Assembly: GCF_009914755.1 (NCBI RefSeq)
Contig: NC_060946.1
DNA length: 64,000 bases
DNA from: the human T2T-CHM13v2.0 reference genome, Homo sapiens
Reading direction: 5' to 3' (one strand)
The notes under the pieces were generated by a model. The model did not search any database. It was not told the DNA's origin and was given only the letters and a program-made list of their open reading frames with translations. Of the stretch, positions 61,976-64,000 are shown piece by piece. Positions within the stretch are counted from its first letter, which is position 1, and each line of letters starts with the position of its first letter. A program made the translations under genes and the position numbers.

Positions 61976-64000
61976 TTTAGTTTCTTGATGTACCATTTGC
62001 TGTTAGCTTAAATTATGCCAACTACAGCCCAAGCTTAATTCAACATTTAAATAAAGTTCTATGCACAATAATACAACACAGCACTTCTATTATAGCAACA
62101 ACATTAGCTGTCTCTAGTTCCTAAAATAAGAAACTGGAGTGACGGAAGAAAGACTTGGGTTGCTTGTTCCCACCTTTGACTTGTAAACTTCCTTAATGGT
62201 CTTTCATCAGATGCTTAAGCTGCCAGAGTATCCCTTATGAATTAACCAGCTACTCTGTGGGAAACTGCTTTTGTACTACTTCCAATTCTGACAACCTTTT
62301 TCTCAAGTTGAGCTGCCTCTGTTCCTACTTCTGAAATGCCTGTGCAATGCTGACTGAGTTTGTCACCAGTAAGTTCTCCCCAGACAGGGAAGTCCTGCGG
62401 GACCAGTATCAGTCCTCAGTCAGGAAGAGGTTGTATAAATAGCGGGTGCTCACACTCTAGAAAAAGGGGCGGAGGAGAAGGTAAGTGTTGAGCCCCAGAT
62501 GTGAACTCCTATTTTTGTTTCAGGGTAATTAATGTTTCCTTAAGTGAGCTAAGCCTTGGGCTCTTGCGCCTCTGGCTTTCAGGCCTGAATCAGCAATCTT
62601 TAGGCAGGAACTGGGGGTGGGGAAAAGGATTTTGTATTTCATGTCATCCCCAAATGAATGAAGTAATATGAGAGCAGCACTTTCTGAAGCTTGGCCTTGA
62701 GGCTGGAGAATGGGTTGTGGAAGGTGAAAACTTTCCTTTTAAAATCCTAGTGACTTGGGGAGAACTGGCCTCTGACAAGTCTCTTGCTGCAGTCTGATGA
62801 CTGCAGCTCTCAGAGATGCTGTTGGGTTGTCTGGTGTTTGTTTCTAGTTCTCTGCTCGAGTGTTAGTGCCATTAGATGGTCTTGCCCCTGTCTGCGGTTC
62901 TGCCTTCCATGTCTTCCCCTTCCCCCTTGGCCTCCTAAATTAGATACATTCCCCCTCTGCTCCCAGACGTCTCCATCTCCTCATCCCCTGACAGAGCAAT
63001 CATTTATCAAGTTGTTTCACGCGTTGTCGGGAGGGGGGCCCTGGGGACTCAGTTTGTTTCGTCCCTTTGTTGAAGCTCCACAGGATCGGCCAGCTTAGTC
63101 TCCAGCCAACTGCTGAGAGTTGCTGGACTCCAGGAGCAAATGTTAAAGGGGCCGCCTTTCATCTACTTGCTGTGACTTCAACCTTTCTATTTAAATTCCA
63201 GCTTATTGGAACTCACATACGTACACTTCCTCGACATGTTTTTGATCATATGATATTTCTTTTTCATTATGTACCTCCCCATCCATACCATCACTGAGGA
63301 CCTGAAATAGATTTTTCATAGTATATTACTGTAGACATACTTTGTAAGTAGGAGTTCCTGCTTTTTTATGACTTCTTTTTATGTATGCTTTGACTTATCA
63401 AGGTGTCACACTGTTGACCATAGAAATTTCTAAATAGTATAGGGATTAAAAAAAATTTTAAAGTTTGTCAGACTTTAAAATGCAAGGTGAGCATCACTGC
63501 TTCTTAGCAGGAGTGATGAAGGTTTTCCATAGTGTCTACAAAGATAAAAGGAAAAATTTCCTTCGACTTCAAGGATGTATAGTGTGAATGTTAACCAATG
63601 TTGACCATGAATTTGAAAGATGGATGTTACTCACTGTAACTTAATAGTTTAAAAGGACAAAGTTTCTTTTGTGGAGTAATAGAAATGAGACTTTAATGTT
63701 AATGAAAATTTTTTTCTGTGATCTAGGAATATTTCCTCCCAGTATTTTATTATGAAAACTTCCAAATGAACAGAAAAGTTGAAAGAATTGTACATTATAT
63801 TTGGGGTTTTAAAAATGCATTTCTTTAGCAAGCTGAATATTACATGCAGTAGTATCATAATGCATTGTAAAGTTATGCTTGGAAGCAAAGTAACAACAAA
63901 AATGCCCCAGATGACATGCGTTACAAACAGAACATTTCAAAAATGAGTCCCTTTCAACCTGAACAGGGCTTATCTTGTGTTTATTGTAGACAAGCTGAGC

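Overview
Primate (most likely human, from two AluYa5-type insertions) non-coding genomic DNA. I find no intact protein-coding exon; almost every ORF in the track is Alu-, L1- or Tigger-derived, or a GC-rich shadow frame. About 55-60 Alu elements or fragments (roughly three quarters on the minus strand) and uniformly minus-strand L1s suggest one large intron of a + strand gene. Two processed pseudogenes converge tail-to-tail. One is a TERF2IP/RAP1 retrocopy (44352-46405, +). The other is an intronless CLC/LGALS13-family galectin retrocopy (49966-50569, -) that the ORF track misses. From memory, such a galectin retrocopy (CLCP1) lies in the large first intron of CECR2 at 22q11.21; I cannot verify this here. 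Other elements: a near full-length Tigger1 interrupted by four Alus, an ERV9/LTR12 solo LTR nested in an L1PA, a short L1PA with an apparent 3' transduction, a 63-bp x4 minisatellite and two short dispersed duplications. I cannot claim a demonstrated new biological system. The best leads are the galectin retrocopy keeping a more canonical sugar-binding motif than human cluster members as I recall them, an LTR12 promoter aimed at it, the unusual mutation and deletion signature of the RAP1 retrocopy, and locally templated insertions. Old-repeat boundaries and subfamilies are by-eye approximations.
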